39,200 nt of DNA. Origin: Verrucomicrobiales bacterium (GTDB taxonomy: Bacteria; Verrucomicrobiota; Verrucomicrobiia; Verrucomicrobiales; V1-33). The notes below the pieces were generated by a model. The model did not search any database. It was not told the origin of the DNA and saw only the letters and a program-made list of their open reading frames with translations. Made by a program: the position numbers and the translations under genes. The DNA lies in contig JANOAV010000182.1 of NCBI GenBank assembly GCA_031411295.1, forward strand, positions 1-39,200. The letters run 5' to 3'. Positions 36,901 to 39,200 of the stretch are shown here, in pieces. Numbering within the stretch: the stretch's first letter is position 1; every line of letters begins with the position of its first letter.

Positions 36901-39199
36901 GTGCAGTGCCGCCGCGCAACGCCAGAAAATGGACGCCCAGGCAGCCCGAGGCGATTCGTGTCACCCGATTGAGCCCTGTGGGAATCACCCAAGCCGTGCC
37001 ATAGGCCGAATAGCCCGTGCCTCCCACTGAGCCATCGGCTTTCAACAGCACATTGCCCCACCCGGTGCCCGCGACTCCGAGCACGGGCGCGGCGAACGCG
37101 GAGAGGTCGAACTGATTGTTGAAGGTTCGTCCCCAGGAAACGGGCGCACCCGAGGGCAGGAGAGCGATGGAATGTTCGCCACCTCCGGCCACTGCGGCAA
37201 CGCTCCCTTGGGTAACGGAAGAGGGCGCAGCGACGAATTGGTATCCATCCCACGCATTGAATCCCCATCCGAAAAGACGTCCTGAGGATCCCAGCGCAAA
37301 TCCGTGCCACCGACCGGCAGACAGGGACACGATGTCACCGGATTGAACGTTCGCTGGAATATCGGTTTGTCCGCTGTAATCCCCCGCCGTGTGATAGGCG
37401 TAGTGTTTGTTGTCGCCCCACGCGATCACTGTGCCGTCTCCCTTGAGCGCTAGCCCATACGCTTCACCAGCGCTGACGAATACAACATTATTCAGTCCAG
37501 CGGGCAAACTACTTACTCCTAGACCGCTTCCCGCCGCGCGCACCACGCCGTCGCGCTGCAAGTAGAGCGTGAACGTGGCCCCGGCACTCACCTGAGCCAC
37601 CGCACCGAGATTGGGTGGCAAATTACACTGTCCCGAACCATTCTGGCCCCAGGCAAGGACCGCTCCGTCCGATTTCACAGCCACACTAGAAAGATAGCCT
37701 GCGGCCGCGTCCACGATGCGTTGCACAGGGCCAGGGGTCGTAATGCCCGTGTTGGAAACACCCAAATGATCGTATGCCGCTCCCACCACCACCAGCGTTC
37801 CGTCCGGAAACGAACCGCCATCCAACGGACTAGTCCCCGCCTCCGCCTCAGCTCCATCGCTGGCACCATCGCCGTCAGCATCCTTTTGCAGATCGCTCGT
37901 GCCCAGCGCCGACTCTTGCGCCTGCGTCAAGCCATCGTCGTCGAAGTCTTCGTTCAAATCGTCGAGCACCTCAATCACCGCCAATTCTTCGAGCGTGTTG
38001 TTCCCGCTGTCGGTCACACGAATGCGAATCGTGTAAAAACGCTGCGCCTCCATATTCAGGCTCACGGAGGTTCGAAGTTGGTTGTCCACGATCTGGAATT
38101 TCCCGTTGTCCGCCGCCTCGGGGCCACTGTTGATCAGCGCAAAGGTGAACGTCTCGCCTGGGTCAGGATCCACCCCGCTCAAATAGCCTACCAACGCGCC
38201 CGCTGGCCGGTTCTCATAAACCGTCGCATCACTCAACCGCAACCCTCCCTGCACTTCCCCGATCACATTGAGCACGCGCACGGTAATCTGTTTGTCGAGG
38301 AACTGGCCACTGTTGTCCGTCGTGCGCACCCGGATCGAGTAGGTGTTACGCGTCTCGTAGTCGAAGACCGCTCCCGTCCTCAATGCTGCTTCCCCGGTGA
38401 AGATTTGGAACAAGGCGTTGTCTTCCGCTCCCGCTCCCGCCACCAGCGTGTAGGTGAAGGTCTGCCCGGGATCACCATCCAGTGTGTCGAAATTTCCCAC
38501 CACCGTGCCCACGGGCTGGTTCTCATGCACTCCGCTCGGGGCCAACTTGGTGTCGTAAGGCGGGCCACTCGCTACGCTGAGGCTCAGGTTTTTTGTTCCC
38601 GTGCCCCCACTGTGCGTCGCGGAGAGGATGATCGTGTAATTGCCAGCCGTCGTCACCGCTCCAGTGATCAGCCCGCTATCGGGATCCAACGTGAGGCCGG
38701 CCGTCAGGTTCGTCGCGCCATAGCTTGTGGGATTTTCGGTGGTCACGGTCCGGTAACTGAAAGGTCGACCCAGCACCGCGCTAGTGCTCCCCGTGCTCGT
38801 CACCACCGGCACCGGTGGGCGCACGTCCATGATGACCAACCGGTTCGAGCCACCCACCGCATTGAACGCCTTGACCATCACGTTCTGCGCACCGGTGAGC
38901 GTCGGCGTTCCGCTAATCAGCCCCGTCACGGTGTTCACGCTCAGCCCCGCCAGCAGATCCACCGCCCCGAAGCTCGTCGGACTGTTCGTCGCCGTGATCG
39001 TGTAGTTGAAAGCACTGCCGCGCGTGGCGTTCGCCGATACCGCGCTACTGATTTGCGGGGCGTTGGGATCGCTGATTTCAAAATACTGGGCCTCCTCCCA
39101 CGGCGTGCTCTCACCGCCGGGGTAAAGTGCCGTCACCGTCCAGCGGTAACGCACCCCGGGAATGAGCGAGCCCACCACTGGCGTGAAACTCGTCGCCAG
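30941..39199 (-). CDS. Giant repetitive surface protein/adhesin (FN3 end, putative-Ig, cadherin, Ca-binding DxDGDG and RCC1 repeats); 5' end lies beyond the window
   Basis: Frame is open to the window edge (LATSFTPVVGSLIPG...). FN3 tail YRWTVTA; He_PIG-like LPxGLxxxxxTGxIxGxPT; cadherin FDYETKNSYTIRxRxxD; DTDGDGAxDGAEV repeats; RCC1 ALKGDGxxxAWG; the C-terminal shared domain. Confidence 0.92.
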   Translation of the reverse strand: MATSFTPVVGSLIPGVRYRWTVTALYPGGESTPWEEAQYFEISDPNAPQISSAVSANATRGSAFNYTITATNSPTSFGAVDLLAGLSVNTVTGLISGTPTLTGAQNVMVKAFNAVGGSNRLVIMDVRPPVPVVTSTGSTSAVLGRPFSYRTVTTENPTSYGATNLTAGLTLDPDSGLITGAVTTAGNYTIILSATHSGGTGTKNLSLSVASGPPYDTKLAPSGVHENQPVGTVVGNFDTLDGDPGQTFTYTLVAGAGAEDNALFQIFTGEAALRTGAVFDYETRNTYSIRVRTTDNSGQFLDKQITVRVLNVIGEVQGGLRLSDATVYENRPAGALVGYLSGVDPDPGETFTFALINSGPEAADNGKFQIVDNQLRTSVSLNMEAQRFYTIRIRVTDSGNNTLEELAVIEVLDDLNEDFDDDGLTQAQESALGTSDLQKDADGDGASDGAEAEAGTSPLDGGSFPDGTLVVVGAAYDHLGVSNTGITTPGPVQRIVDAAAGYLSSVAVKSDGAVLAWGQNGSGQCNLPPNLGAVAQVSAGATFTLYLQRDGVVRAAGSGLGVSSLPAGLNNVVFVSAGEAYGLALKGDGTVIAWGDNKHYAYHTAGDYSGQTDIPANVQSGDIVSLSAGRWHGFALGSSGRLFGWGFNAWDGYQFVAAPSSVTQGSVAAVAGGGEHSIALLPSGAPVSWGRTFNNQFDLSAFAAPVLGVAGTGWGNVLLKADGSVGGTGYSAYGTAWVIPTGLNRVTRIASGCLGVHFLALRGGTAPVITSPLYLSGTVGSAFVHQLQFTGGANMFRAMNLPAGLTLNPTTGEIAGAPTQAGRFWVRIFAERIAPGSASRGDKIIIFNIASAGVPPTDIALAPASIIENLASGSVVGSLTTTDTDEGQSFSYSLINSGPEAVENGKFTVSGSQLQTLASFDYETKNSYTLRLRVTDSGGHQFEKTITVAILDDTGEDDDGDGLTQAQEVAMGTNQLIADTDGDGANDGAEVTAGTNPLDANFFPDGTLIALGGGDRPGPYFAGTIPNPGQKVPSSVSATVDASSGYLFSVALKVDGIVHAWGLNDKGQCNQPAGLGPVAQVSAGAFDTMYLQRDGTVKVAGTSSTLSQLPAGLTNVIAIASGGDYGLALKGDGSLVAWGHPEYGQLVLPPAAQLQDTVALSAGNKHTMTLSRFGRLNGWGTNPWGSSVSNFVPAPAEIYTTSIVSVSPESDHTLALAADGRLFAWGWTTDSQCDTTGLPAGIVEVTATGQGSVYRTESGLLTARGSYETYAIRPYVNWVNPIVIPAWLNRVTKARFGASATTLLVLRGNANPDVTSPSLVQGGVGAAFSHQITATGTPTNFWTMNLPPGLMVNAATGEITGTPTQSGRFFCRVFAERSGPGSAARGDKVIIFSIGSGGSAPTDLAVTPASIVENRPTNSVVGTLSATDANAGDTFTFWLINSGPEASDNAKFNIAGNQLRTSAAFDYEAKNSYTIRVRVVDAAGNEFERPLTIAVADDTTEDDDGDGLTQEQELAVGTNPLLKDTDGDGAMDGAEVAAGTNPLDPNVFPDGTLVALSGGDRPRSNGTYIPNPGLIIPGDVGAVVDASSGDLFSVVAKADGTVRTWGLNTQGQCNIPVGLGPVARVAAGQSHVLYLLRDGTVRAAGSSAAVSGLPAGLSGVVAIASGANYGMALKVDGSVVAWGHTEYGQLNLPAAAQLHDVVSISAGLVQSNALSRLGRLHAWGTNPWGSAASGNVAAPANIATTNIARVSSGGLHTLAITASGQLLAWGKNNVGQCNLSGLPANIVDIWTTMEGSVYRTAGGALAAHGDYDGYSFSQYFGLSDPIVLPNWLDRVTWANYGASGSHLLLLRGMPPPVISSPNFLQGTVGAAFSHQIIASGSPTNHWAMGLPSGLSINAATGEIIGTPTQAGRFFCRVFAERTRSRGDKVMIFSIGSGGSAPTDLALSPASIFEEKPVGTAIGALSATDADAGDAFTYSLINSGPEAEDNAKFTISGSQLLAAVSFDFETKTSYTIRLRAVDAAGNEFEKPLSITIIDDTLSDDDADGLTQAQELTLGTNPLNKDTDSDGAMDGAEVAAGTNPLDPNSFPDGTLVALGSGGRPGPGGPGNTDFMPNPGEIVPGTLRATVDATTGFFFSVAVKDDGTVTTWGQNNVGQCNIPGGLGPVAQVSAGTNHVLYLLRDGTVRAAGLSPAVSALPAGLSNVVSIASGPDYALALRGNGSIVAWGDNAFGQVTLPPASELTDVVALATGEKHAMALGLYGRLTGWGVNPWGINPINNGQYTRAPGSVASTAFSAVAVGANHTIAVSSGGQVSAWGWGANGQCELGGLPADIVELATTTTGSVYRTAAGVIAGKGAYEEHEFAPYLGWHPPIIIPAWLDRAVRMHCGASGRHLLIERGAMAPQITSSALSVATLGAAFSYQITTTGSPNNFWEMGLPPGLSLDASTGAVIGTPTQTGRYLVRLFAERNATGSASRGDKIVIINVGSGLPPTAIGLTSGVVAEDVPVGTIVARMLTDDPDLNPPAASVGKGGDGLRKASVSNASTETFTYTLVAGPGDTNNGLFAIVGDALVTAAALDYEGASALSVRVRVTDSGGNILDRTLALNVLDVPEGETLANWQTRLGVTDLEVDGDADGMNGLLEWALGTPTGQPNGWPVEAAGLEGTGGGGLLVRFPRSFGGLVGPNGSYTYAGVTYWAEWSLDGVTWSGQGMTEISSAPAPGYPSGYRLVTLRTPGLAPGQSRQFVRVRVQKN
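31740..38250 (-). repeat. Four intragenic tandem units of about 1.63 kb (cadherin + Ca-binding repeat + RCC1 propeller + Ig-like)
   Basis: The Lys codon of the RGDK marker recurs at 36671, 35036, 33416 and 31763, giving periods of 1635, 1620 and 1653 nt. LINSGPEA, DDDxDGLTQ and FPDGTL occur once per unit. Confidence 0.92.
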
Positions 39200-39200
39200 T

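Overview
Bacterial, high-GC window. Gene content and the C-terminal DxDGDG..N..E(Y/F/W)ALG domains suggest Verrucomicrobiota; this is an inference. Left part (1-8.3 kb): the 3' end of rpoN; a minus-strand membrane-lipid modification cluster (cfa-family methyltransferase, DUF1475-like, DUF2062-like, DUF1295-like, second cfa-family methyltransferase) interrupted by an orphan Phd/YefM antitoxin; a Tat-exported Gfo/Idh/MocA oxidoreductase; a secreted SGNH hydrolase; and a hypothetical protein. Right part (8.4-39.2 kb): a co-oriented minus-strand locus of six large exported proteins. These are a giant adhesin-like protein (>2750 aa, open at the window edge) with four ~545-aa cadherin/Ca-repeat/RCC1/Ig units, four paralogous subtilisin (S8)-RCC1 fusion proteins, and a lamin-tail/CotH-kinase protein. 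All six share a C-terminal domain. The four proteases have conserved N- and C-terminal modules around a highly divergent RCC1 core. They appear to derive from a ~9 kb tandem duplication of a two-gene unit, since the ECF-type promoter, the spacer and a stub of the CotH 5' region are all duplicated. They are mosaics by segment, each is followed by a degenerate heptamer repeat, and all carry Ala in place of the conserved subtilisin Pro225. This diversified protease-RCC1 array with its adhesin and kinase is the best candidate for an undescribed system. Family assignments come from motif recognition only; no searches were run.
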